Below are positions 26,101 to 39,200 of a stretch of DNA of 64,000 nucleotides, one piece after another (the first letter of the stretch is position 1; the number at the start of each line of letters is the position of its first letter). Source of the stretch: a virus (lineage: Duplodnaviria; Caudoviricetes); the IMG/VR virus record IMGVR_UViG_3300012979_000003, positions 36,254 to 100,253 of that record. One strand, given 5' to 3'. The translations under genes were made by a program, and so were the position numbers. A model generated the notes under the pieces. The model made no database searches. It saw only the letters and a list, made by a program, of their open reading frames with translations, and was not told the DNA's origin.

Positions 26101-29100
26101 CCGGTATACAAACAGGTTTCGATTCTAGTATCAACGACATACCAGGAATGAGTGGTGATTATACAATAGAAGAATTACTCAACGAGCTTATTTTTATGGG
26201 CAAGGACGCGGTGTTAAATCGTCCAACGCAACACAATTATGACCATTTGCTTTATATTGAAAACGGAGTAGTTCACTACGGCAATTCTGTTGATGAATCC
26301 GGATTTATACTAGACAACACACCTGAGTCAAGAGAACACTTTGCCAAATGGTTGACACAATATAAAACATTTAGAATAGATCGCGAAAAATTATAGAAAC
26401 CTGGTTATAGATACAAGAAGGCAGTATCTATTTCTGATGGTACCAATGTTGTATATAGTCACGAAGCTGACCAATTGTACACAACCCATGTAATTGAAGC
26501 TGGTCTACTCACAACATCGTTGAATCCAAACAAGGGCGAACGAATATTCCAGAATATGAGTACATATTCTAACTATGTTCGTACTGCAAGATATCAGTCT
26601 TCTGCAAACGCTTCAAATAAAAAATCAGCTGTTAGTAGAGAGGAGTCTGCTAAGAAAAAGACTACAAAATCTACAGCACAGTATGAGCCAGGAAATTGGC
26701 CATCTGCAAAAGGTGTTGATAACGTTTCTGACGAACAATTGGCTGCATATCGGAAGCAGATCATTGATCAAATTAATGAATTTTTAAGTCCATATATTGT
26801 AAACGAGGAGTGGGATGACGCACCCGATAAGGCTAGAGTTCACGCTAAAGTTGCAAAAAAGAAACAGCAACATGGCACAATTAGCATAAATGAAAGCAAC
26901 AAGATAGTTAAGATATCAGACGGTCTTCTCAAATACATAGTTGATGAAATAATTAACAACAACCAAAAAGTTACGCTAAACTTTGGTCAACTTGTTAAAG
27001 AAGGGCTTGTTCCTAAAAAAACACAGCTTGATATAAAGATAACTCGTATAAACACTACGCAAGATGAATCTCAAACAGCCTCTACATAGCAGCAAGCGGC
27101 AACAACTACGGCAACTACTGCTCCACAACAGCAAATGCCTAGTGTTAATGCTCCAACATCTTACGCAGTTGGCCAACCTGTAATTGTACCGCAAGATACA
27201 GAATTGCACTTGACGTTGCCAAATGATCTTGGGGTTGTGGTACTGCCTGCAGGAACAGACGTTGTGGAATACATAAATAATTACGATCAGTCAAAAATCG
27301 ACAAGATTCGTAAAAAAATGTTTATCTCACAGCTCATTAAAAAGCTGAATGACGGTGTAGTTAAGTTCACACAAACATCAACCCAGCCTGCAACACCAAC
27401 CGCACAAACTGTTGCTAATACACAAAACGCCACTGAGGACAACAATACTAATGCCACAGGTTTACTAATGGGGTCATTTTAGACACCTGCTGCAAAACCA
27501 GCAGAACAGCAAAATAAACCAGCAGCTGCTAAATTTGAAGATGCTACAATCTCCTCAGATGCCGTAACCGCTGCGATTACTTGGATTAATTAGAATGGTA
27601 ATACGAATGCGAAAGCCAACGCAAATGCAACGGATGAAGAAAAAAGAAAAGTTGCTGCTATAAAAGGTGCTACAGACGCACATTCACGATTGAAGGAAGC
27701 TTTGTAGAACAACGACGTGGTTGAATTCGTAAAACAGGCAAAAGTTATCATTGGATACCATCTTGTACACACGTATGGCGTAAATATGGCGCAAGTTGCA
27801 CAGAAACTTGGTTCAGACGATACCGCGTTTAGACAGGCGTATCAGCAAATGTCTGCAAGTAAAGCGAACTTTGGTAGTCTTGTTTCATTCTTTGATGATT
27901 GCGTAGAAAAAGAGGATTACGATGTCGCTTTAACAAGAGTACGTCGCATTCTTGGGGATAACTTTGACTTTGACGTATTGCCTGAAGAACAACTTGCTTG
28001 GGATTATGTGCGAGGCGCTGAGATTTTTGTATTCGGTTACACCACTGCTGCTGGTTTGCATATTTTGAAAAACGCAGGCAAGGTTGTAAAACGTGTTGGT
28101 GAACACGAAGCATTCCACAGAGTATCATTGTTCTTACTTTCACAACGCGATCGTGAAAAAATGTATCAAGATGCAAGAAACAGATATGGTTTGACAGATT
28201 ATACTGATCAAGAGGTTGAAGAATTTCTTGCTGACGAATTTGCCAAATTTGTTGTAAATGCTTCTGAACACAATCAAGGTAACTTCTACGAAAAGAATCC
28301 CATAAAGCGTGCATTCTAGAAACTTATCGACGGCATTAGAAGGAACCTGAATAAGATATTCAAGACTTCGTGGGTAAAACATTACCGAAACATTGATGAA
28401 CTTTTCCAAGATATGTATTCTGGAAGATACGCATACGCCTAGGCTACAAAAAACAACAAATAGTTGTTCAATGAGTTGTACCGCGGTAATGCTGCCTTCT
28501 CCGGAATCGTTGGACACTCTGGCGCAGTGTTGGCAACTAATGCAAAACAGTTTACTACAATTGAAAAGAACTTGATTGCTAAGCTATTTACTGTATCAGG
28601 TACACTTAGTCAATATTTTGGCGTAGAAGGGTTTAAATACAACGTGTTGCGAGATCACATTGCAGAACAAGTGAAATTCTATGAGTAGGCAATGAACACG
28701 CTGTCTGAAGACTTTTCAAAACTGGATGAATTCTTACAAGCTAGTAGAATATACAACGTATACAAAGGAATTCTTGACAATTTCAACGAATGGTAGGATT
28801 ACATCTCTAGAAAAGTAAGTAAGGAATTTAAGTTACACAAAGTAACTCAAGCTGATGCTAATGCACAATTAGAAGATTCTACCGAAGATTTTGACGATGG
28901 TGCAAAACAAAAAGACAATCCGGCAAATTTCAATTCTGGCGATTATAATAGGGAATCATTCAAAGAAAATTTGTATGATACCACCAGTATGAGTACAAAG
29001 TTCTTGTTGTGGCTTGTTACAGAATCTGAGAAGTTTGACGCAGACGGTATGTTGTAGTATGCAGATACTCGTTCGTTGTGGTTTAATGTGATATACGATC

Positions 29101-32100
29101 TACAAGGCGTTCGGTCATTTGATGACGCGTTGTCCTGTTTAACAGCCTTATCGAAGAGAAAAGACTTTGAGAATGCTGAATACTATAGTCAAATCGTAGG
29201 ATTGCTACAATCTGCATCCCCCAATGTGCAAAAAGCGTTCTTTTCAGATATTGCCAGATTGTATAACACATTTGTAAATACAGATTATGTACAAGAAATC
29301 CAAGAACTAACGAAGGAACAGAAGGAAGAAGGACAAGTAGCAGTCACTACTATTGTTGGAGCATTGAAGAACAGCAATGCTGAAACAGCCGCAGCAAATA
29401 ATATAAAAACTTGGCGTAGCAATATACGCGAAGCACTTTCAGTATTTGTTACTGAGATTGCGGCAATACCAAAAACAGCTGACAAAACGGCGTACAGAAC
29501 CAAACTAGTTAACAAATTAGCAAAGGCTACAGATGCTACAAGTTTGGCTAGTAAAAACGGTGCTTCGGATTTAGCTGCCGCCTTACAAGAAGTGTTTAAT
29601 ATTGAAATAAACGTAACAACGTTGCGCAAATATATAAACGCTTTAAAACCATCTGATCCAAAGCTAACTGCCTTCTCAAAAGAGCTGAAGAGTCAGCTGT
29701 TGGCAACTTGGCCAATAACTATTCAAGAAGCAACTATAGAAAAAACAATTCTTGAGAAGATGGTTGGTTAGAAGTCAATCTTGCGTGCAATATCTGACTT
29801 CTCGGCATCAAAAGAAGTTAGTGTTAAAAACGCTACAACTCGAGGTGCTGCTGGAGGTAAACTATATGTGATTAGTGCATATGACTATATTAGCCGCGTA
29901 TTTACTCAATTTATACGCGATAATAATTCTGAAACGGAAGAAGGATCGTCTGTAGAAGGATGGCTGAACAAGTAGTCGAGAAACCCATACAGTCAAAATT
30001 CAGTTTGGTTGAAAGCTTTTAGAGGTTTTGGAAAGGCGTTCCCCGTGAAGATATTTACGAACAGTGCTACTGTGGTTGACGGAGATGTGTTTGAAAGTAG
30101 AGGTACAATGGAATTGAGTCCAAGAGAGGATATGCTTAATAAATTTACTGGTATACTTTCTGGCTATCACATAATCCCCGCACTCGCAAACAAGGCTAAA
30201 TTCTACTGGTTAAAGGGTTTTGCTGAAATGAATGTCGATGACGTAGTAACTGTCACAAGTAACGGGTGGTGTATGCTTACAGATCGTAAAAACAGCTCAC
30301 TCGATCACTTTATTGGGTATTTAGCTGATGAATTCTTGGCAATTGCCAACGCACACAAAACTCGTGATAATTTCATATCCGAGTTGAATAGAATTACTGG
30401 TGGAAAACGTGTTGGAAATAAAACCGAACCTTGGAGCATTGAGTCATTCTCAAAATTGTCAGCAGAAGAACAAGAAGAGATTAAACGCAAGTATGATGTT
30501 GGTGCTATATTTGGAACACTTGTTGTGAACTATCACTACAAAAGTGGTAAACCACAATTTGTACGCAATTCTGAAGGCAAGGTTATAATGCGTGCTGGAG
30601 GTATTGATTTGACAACCGGAAATGGCTACCAAAGTCGTCATTTTGGAAGAATGCTTGCTGGTTTAAGATTGACTAATAAACAGATACAGGAGTTGACTGG
30701 TGATGATGCAAACACTGTTGCTAGAAACATGGCGCAGGCGTATAAAGACCAAGTATCAAACATTCTTCTTAAGAATATTGCGCTGACAATAAACTCATTC
30801 ATCGATAATGGATTGATAATCGGTTAGAAAATAGATATAACCCGTTCTGATTTCGGTCCTGGTACGTTTGCGAAGATTGGAATTAGCAATAAATTCTTGC
30901 CAAAGAATGTTATTCTGGAAAACAAACAGATAAATCCGAATCCTGATAACAACGTTGATGGCATAATTACTCCAAAAATGTTGTTACAAGCTATTGCAAT
31001 GTATACAGTAAACGGTATGCAGGATGTTATGGAATTTGAGAAACTTGTATCAGGCGACATCGCATTCTTCAAAGACATAACTGATGTGAACAAACGTTAT
31101 AGTGCCCTCACATCTACAATTCAGTTGAATGATAAAACTGGTACAATTTCAGCAAATGAATCTAATATGTTCCTTGGGGTTACTGATCGTCTGTATGATT
31201 CTCCAACATATAATACTATTACGTTCAATACAACTACGGTAAGCAATCTAAGGGACTACAAGAAGTATGTTGCGGACTTTTTAGGTGACTCTTCCCTGTT
31301 TGACGAACGTAATTTCAGTAAAGACAAGAAAGAAAAAGGATTCACTGTTAAGTTAGATCCATCAAAATTGCTAGATGAGCACGGCAACTTTACAAGTAAG
31401 GCAAAAAAAGGAATGCTTGTTAATTTGTATATACAACATCGTCAGAACGGTAGTTCTATCGCATTGGACGCAAGCGGAAATCCTTTATCCGACAAGCAAC
31501 TTGCTGAAGTGATTATCGATAACTTCAACACACGATTTGACGGATATCTAAACATTGACCCCACTGACGCACAAACGTGGGTGACTGCTGAAATGTACCG
31601 ACAGCTTCGCCAGCGAGTTGGTAAATGGACAGACCATGATGAAGCTTGTTACAACCTTATGGAAAATTTTGATCGTATTGACGAGCTTTCAAAATCACAC
31701 TACATCGAGCTTGGTAATATTTGTGTCGAATTAAATATTCCTGACGGAGTTGAGGGTTTGAAACGTCAGTTCGAAAAATGGAAATCAGGCGATCGCCAGA
31801 AAATGAACGAATATAAAGGTTTTATTTTGAACGTGTGCCGCAATTTCGATGCAACTTCACTTAAGTATGTTTACTACGGTAACACTGCCGAGCGTGTAGA
31901 CGATATGTTTGTCCCCGTGTACGATAAACTGTCTGCCAGCCCTATCTTTAAGATATTTGCAGAAGGGCATCAAATGGAAGATGTATACAACTTCATCACT
32001 GACAAACAAATCGACATGGTTAAGATGAACAGTGCTGTAAAAGTTGGCGGAGTCCCTTCAGCTGAAGCTTTGGATGTAGATGGTAATTTCAATAGAGAAG

Positions 32101-35100
32101 TTCTCGAACATAGCCCTATACAACAACAGTATTTTGATCAGTTCGGTAAGCAGTTGAACACAGATCCACACCATACAACTACAGCCACGTTGTTGACTCA
32201 GTTTATGAAGATTGCTGTAACAAACATAAAGACTGGCAAAAATTACAAAGTAAACGGTGTATCAATAAAGGGTAATAAGTTACTTAAAGTGTATCAAAAC
32301 ATACTTGATGAACTTACTGTGCGTGGTTACCACAAGTTTATGGAAGAGTTTGGTGTTACGGTCAAGGATGGTAAATACTCCGTAGATAAGACCAAGTTCA
32401 TGCGTGCTTTGCACAATATGGCAGAAACTCAAGATTTGCCTGTAGAAACTTTGCAAGCACTTACTACTGACAATGGCGAATTTACAATACATCCTGCGGC
32501 TTTGCCAAATATAAACTGGATATAGTCTCGTCTGATATCAAAGATGGATAAAACTGTAATTAAAACAGTAACACCTGGACAACCGCTGTTCCAGGTAGCC
32601 AGCTTTGGTTATGACAATCTGCACGACACTAAAGTACATGCTGATTCTCATTTGAGTGCATGTAATGAAAGAGGTTGTATGGAGGTGAAGCTTTCAATAA
32701 ACCTGTTCGCAGATGTTTTGGAAGCGGCAGGTTTGAAGTATGATAATTTTGAAGTTCAGAAAAAATTCATACTTGAGAATAAAGACTTGTTAGCATTGGC
32801 ATACCGTGTACCAACTCAGGGTCAAAACTCAACAATTCCTATTGAAATTGTGGATGTACTATCACCTCAGCAAGGTGCTATCATAATGTTCCCGGCAGAC
32901 ATTACTGCAAAGACAGGTGCTGACTTCGATATCGATAAAATGTTCTTGGCTCGTTACAATTACATTGTTGACAAACCAAACGAAAACGATAAACGTACTT
33001 GGAAACTGAAAAAAGTTGAATATGACGCTGACGAGATAATTAGTAAATTGGAGTCTGGTAATGCAGAAGAAATTGAATCAAAACAATTACAAAACTTCTT
33101 GCTAGACATTTATTTAAGTGTACTTACATCTCCGTTACACAAACTGGAAGCAATAACACCACTTGATGTAACAACTGCGCCACTTAAAGATATAAAGACC
33201 AAAATTGAGGAAATCACTGGTTCTGGTGACAGCTCTGTTCCAGCAGACCTGTGGTTCCTTAGTCCAACGTTCCAAACAGCTTAGAAAGTCAAGAACTCTG
33301 GTTCAGACAATGGTATTGGTCCTATGGCATTGAATAACGTATTCCGTTTCTTCATACAGATGAGTAATCTTAGAATGAGACCAAATGCTTATTTGAAATC
33401 ACTCGGTCTAGGAGAAATGAATAGAATTTATGACAGAAACGGTAACGATATTCTTGATAGTACGTCTGCCCTCATCAATGCTCACGTAGATGCTGTGAAA
33501 GATAATTACATCGGTCGTATGAATGTAAACACGCACACATTTGATGTAACATCATTCTTGATATCTTGTGGTATGGGTAACGATGTCTACTGGTTCTTAG
33601 GACAACCGGCGTTGAAAGAGTTATCTTCAAACTATATTGATTTGAAAGAAGGACAGTTGGGTGTATCTCCTGAAGACAAGTAGGGATCTGTGTATTTGTC
33701 GCTTACTTTACTAAAGTACGCAGACATGGCTGGTATTGATATAGATGAAGCTCTTGGTATCAGCGAGAAAGCTTCGGCTGAAGAAATGACGCAGGCATAT
33801 ATGGAGGCAGTACTTAAGAAGTAGCATTTGGATGGTTCAAAAATGAGTGACAAAGAATACGCTTTGCAACAAATAAGATACATCAATACTTTCAGATACA
33901 TAAAGGATTTGGCTCAAAATTATCGTGACGCGTTAAGCGGTGCTCAGATCGATACCGCAAAATACGGTATAACCGCAAATGAAATATTGAGTTTCATACA
34001 GTCGCATGATAATTTTGTATCTGACTACAACGTTGCGTTCGAAAACCCAAATGCACTGTTTGACGATACATTCCTTGGTTCAAAGTATGAACTTGGTGTG
34101 CAGGGTATGTTTAATGCGTTCAATGGGGTTATATTTGAATTTGCGCCGGTACACAAAAATAACTTAGATAAGCTTAGTCATCAAATGGGTGTGTACGGCA
34201 GATTTAGTAAGAATTTTACCAGACGTATTGGAGTAAGACTTAAAACTGTTATGTTACAAGGATTTTTTAATGGTTGGCTCAAACAGAGATTCCCAGGAAC
34301 AGACACACCGTTGAAATCACTCCTGATAGGTGAGCAAAGTGTTCTAGCAAGATATGCAAACATCAAGGCTAAAGCTTTTGTTACTGGTGAAGGTGAAGCG
34401 CTGTTCGATGTAATAAACAACATCATGCAATTTGGAAAAGCTCCCTCGTTTATGCAGATAAAAACGATCATCAGAGAGAATCCTTACATGAAGAATAATG
34501 TTTAGTTGGCATGGTCTGAATTATTGGAAAGTGCAGACGAAGATATTCGCCAATGGGCTGAAGATTTGATGGTTTACATGTTCTACATAACCGGCGGTAC
34601 AGATAGTAACGCATCTAGCGCAATAAAGACTACACTGTTTGATTTAGTTCCGCCGCAGTACCTTGCTAATTTGCGTATTGGAGACTTCTCTTACAATCAG
34701 TACATGTCTGAAATAATGGAACAACACATGACTGCGCAAGATGCAACTAGTCCAGAAGTATTGCTTGACCAGGCCATGTTGCTTTCAGCTAAGTTTGATG
34801 ATGACATATTCCCGACAATAGATACTTCGAAATCTAAAGGTTTGTATTCAACCACATTTGTTGGTGATGGAAAGCAATTTGCAATAATTCGCAAAGGTGC
34901 ATTCCGATTGTTAAACTTCAAAACAGGTTTATACAGCCCGTATGTCAGGATAAAGGATTCGCAAACAGGTCAAATGCTTGTGTACAAATTGTGTAATTTA
35001 CAATTCTCAAAGAGTAAGAATGGTAATGTGTTTACCAACCCTGTTTATACGAGAATGCCGAATCTTGGTTATCGTAACTTAGCTAGAGCTGTGTATTCGG

Positions 35101-36284
35101 TACGTGCGGATGGTTTTGTTGACGGTGACGGTAAGATACAATCGTTATTGAACAACAACGAGAATCTTTTTGCATCAATCCAACAGCTGTTGCGGTCGCG
35201 TAATACCAAACTTGATTCAAAATACGCATCAGCATTCGGTATAAGTCAAAAGGAAGATAAAGAATCAATTACATTCTCAAATGTACCTATCGTATTCAAC
35301 CAGAATACGACATTTGATCAACTGGCTAATGAGAATGGTGAATTACCTGCGCAATTCGCATCATCTAGGTGGACACCACCGTATGCTACATATGCAGCAA
35401 TTGATTCAGCAGATAATGTAGTACTAGTGTATTCGGCTGATTCTGGCGCAGTACAAGATTTGGTTGACTACGCTCAGTATAGAAACAAGCCATTTACTGT
35501 TGTAAATCCTGAAGACAAAGGTAAACTAAATATAGACGGTCTCGTTACTATTTTGGGTACTGATGATGTGGGCGTACTTAAAAATGTGATGTCTAGATTA
35601 CCAAAATCAACTGAATATGTAGCATCTTCTGAATTTGGTACTGGTCTCGGATATATGATTGAACGAGGGGAAGTAAAAGGATTTACATACTATCCTGGCG
35701 AAAAGCCTAAAAACAGCCAACAAGGTGTGATTAGTCAAAAACGATACACTAGAGAGACAACAAAGGCAGACAACACTGGACTTTACATATTTACTGACAA
35801 CACTGATAGAAACAGCGGGTCTGAATTAATTCCTGCAAGTAGTTGGTACGCTAAAAAATATGGTCAAAACAAACATCATCCGGGTGAAACCACAGCGCAA
35901 ATCAGAGGTTTGCAAAACGCCTACCCAGTTAGTACGCAACGTTATTTTAATGACAGTGCTAAAGGTGCTACTGGCAGATGGTCAGATGCTGATATTGACG
36001 AATTTAAGTTGGTAATCGATGATGAATTTGAAGATATATTTAACGCGTGGGATTCAGGAAAATATACACACATTGTGTTACCTGTTGGAGACGGATTCTT
36101 TAATGCACCAATATCGCAGATAACCCAATAGAGAACACCAAAATTATACCAGTATTTGCAGCAAAAAGTGTAGGAATTAAAAGCTTATGTTGGGGATGAT
36201 GTAAATGACGATTTGAATCAAAGTCAGTCAATTGTCGACCAACATTAGAACAACAAGGGTGAAAGACCTAGTGATAAATGTTAA
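20172..36284 (+). CDS. Giant virion RNA polymerase polyprotein (~5370 aa, >30 recoded TAGs)
   Basis: About 20 ORF-track fragments from 20778 to 34506 are all in one frame, interrupted only by TAG. Catalytic TGADFDIDKMFL (DFDID at 32922-32936) is preceded by AYRVPTQG; zincin HEAFH at 28104-28118. Confidence 0.88.
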
Positions 36285-36295
36285 AATAACAAATT

Positions 36296-39200
36296 ATGTG
36301 TCCAAATATAAATATTGAACAAGTTAGAAATCAGTTTAATGAGATTGTCACCGCTTTAGGTGGCAATCCATTAACTGTTGAAGAGTTTAAAGACAAAGAA
36401 CTCAGACATTAGAGAACAGGTGTAGATGCTGCTGCAATGGATGCAGCATATGACATTTGGGATTAGAACTAGGGAAACCCCATAGATAAGGCACCAAATG
36501 GCCAAGAATCGATTTTATTTAGATCTCTCGAAGAACACTACGGCGATAGACAAAAAGCGATTGTAGCTAAAGCAAACGTATATTCCAAAGCTTTTAAGAA
36601 TTGGTTTGGTGATTGGACGTCAACTGATAAAGCTGATGTGTCTAAAGTAGTAGATGAAAACGGTGAGCCTTTGGTTGTTTATCATCACACAGATGATCCA
36701 AATCTAAATGAATTTAGTACCGAATTTGACAATTATTTTGCAAAATCGGGCGGTACGAAGAATGCAATATTCTTTGATCAAAACACAACAGGTACACTCA
36801 ATAGGGCGTATGACATTCCAGCATTTTTAAATATCCGTCAGTTGTCTACATACGAAGGTACGAAAGAAGATTTGCACAAACGTGGTACAACGTATCGAGA
36901 AGTTGTAAACAATAGCGCTGAGGAAAACCCCACCACAGGTGGATTACACATGGCTAAGTTTGACGACAATCGTTTGGAAAATCAAGATGTATGGATCATT
37001 CACAACGAAAAGCAAGTTAAACATATAGAAAATGACGGAATACTTCGTGATAGTGATGCAAACATTCATCATCTTCCTGAAGAACAAGACCCGACTAAAA
37101 TAAAAAGACGGGAAGCATTTACTATCGAAGAAGTTGCATTTTCAAATGCTCTTGCTACCAATCTGAAGGCATTGTTCCCAGAATTATCTGTTGATTATGT
37201 AGAAGCTATTGACGGTAACTATGTTGGTGAAGTTGATTTGAAAGCGTTGCGTGTACTAATACACAGCACTAAATCAACCATGGACACACTGCCTCACGAG
37301 TACGCACACTACTATATTGCAATGTTTAGAGGGTCAGATCTCGTGAACGAGGGTATTGCTGAATTCGGCAGTGAGGAGGCACTTGTTTAGGCAATCGGTG
37401 AACAGACTGTAGCACAAAAAGGTAAAGCTAGAAACTTGTGGAAGAGATTCACCGATTGGGTTAAAAATAAGTTAAATAAAAATAAATATGGTCAACAAGT
37501 ACTACTTGCTTAGCTAACTGATGCGTTCTTGACTCGTAAGACATTAGGACAAATATAGGCAGAATTAGACGGGATTGAACATTAGACAGCAAATCCTTCT
37601 ATTACTGAAGTAAAAGACAGATTATCTAGTATTAGCGCGTTGGTTGAATTCGATGAGCCTTCTCACGGTTTCACTGACCGACAGACTGGCAAATCGTTGC
37701 GTGCAGTTAGTGATTGGAAGAAATTGTATGGTTATGAAACGTACGATGATACTAACGAAGATTCATTACAACGCAGGGTGTCGGATGAGGCTAGACGATA
37801 CGGCGATTACATACATGCCGCAATGCAGGCATTATTTGAGCAACGTTTTGATCCGGCTGCATTTTCCAACATGTCGGAAGAAACTGTTAATTCTCTCACG
37901 TGGATTGTTAATAGGATTAAAGAAGATTATGACTTTGTTGCCGCAGAGGCAATATTAGCAGATCCTGAAAAAAACGTAGCAGGTATTACTGACTTGATTC
38001 TCAGGGATAAACACACCGGCGAGTACGTGTTGATGGATTATAAGACCAAACTTATCAACTACAATGGCAGTAATGAAAACATAAGGGGTAAGAAATTGTG
38101 GGGATTTAGATATGTAGATAGTACTGAATATTCATAGAGAACATCAAGACACTCTTATGACTTTCAGTTGAGTATGTATTAGCAAATACTGAAGAAATAT
38201 GGCATAAACATATCTAAGCGATTTATTGTACCCATTTCTTATAAACGCCAAGACGATCAAATAACTGGTTGTTTCGTTGGACATAAGTTTGGAGATAAGA
38301 CTTTACCAGACAAGGCTGCTTATGCAGAAATTGTACCAAACCCAGCTGTCAGATTTGATGTTGTTACAAAAATATTTGGGGATGTGTCCAATACAAAATT
38401 GTCCAAAGAGTTTTTACAGCAACAGGTGGAAAACTTTGTAGAAATATCTTCTAAGTTTAGAAAATAGTTGGAAGCTTCTGTCAAATTATTTGAGAGAAGT
38501 AATAAGACTAAAAGCTAGGCTAGAGATATACGTGAAACACTTTCTCATTTGGCTGATGCATAGGAAGTTGATTTCTTTATGGCTTATCTTACACTAGTTC
38601 AAAATCAACTGGCTAAGTTTGTCGCTCAGTTGAACAAGCGATATGAAGACTACGATAATGCCTTGTGGGATTTGGATGTATTGCAAAGATATAAAGAAGT
38701 ATCTTCTGCATACGAAGATATGGATTCAATTATTGCATTCATGTATCAGTTTCAAAACGCGTTTACAGAAGAACAGATTGCATTGGTAGAAGGTGCTTGC
38801 AATTAGGTAATGTCGTTGAAAAATCAAATTGATGGTGCATACAAGCAGAAAGGAGCTGAAATCTACATAAATCAAATTATGAAGTATGTGGGCAATGTTA
38901 GACAACAATTTGAAGATGAAGCTCGTAAAACATTTATCGAAAACAACCCCGATGCAACAGAACAGCAGATTAAACAGCATGTCGAACAAAAGGTGTCTGA
39001 TAACAAAGAAAAGATAGAATTCAAGACAAAGGAATGGATTCGTAGACAGATGAGTGTTGCTGACAGTGTGTTTGAATGTAGTTAGCTTAGCGCGTATCTT
39101 AATTCGGTATATGCTTCCAGAGATCCGTTGGTGTAGGCAACCGTAGCAATGTTTGAAGAAAAGATGCAACCTGTTGATAGAGCGTATAACAGATACGTTC

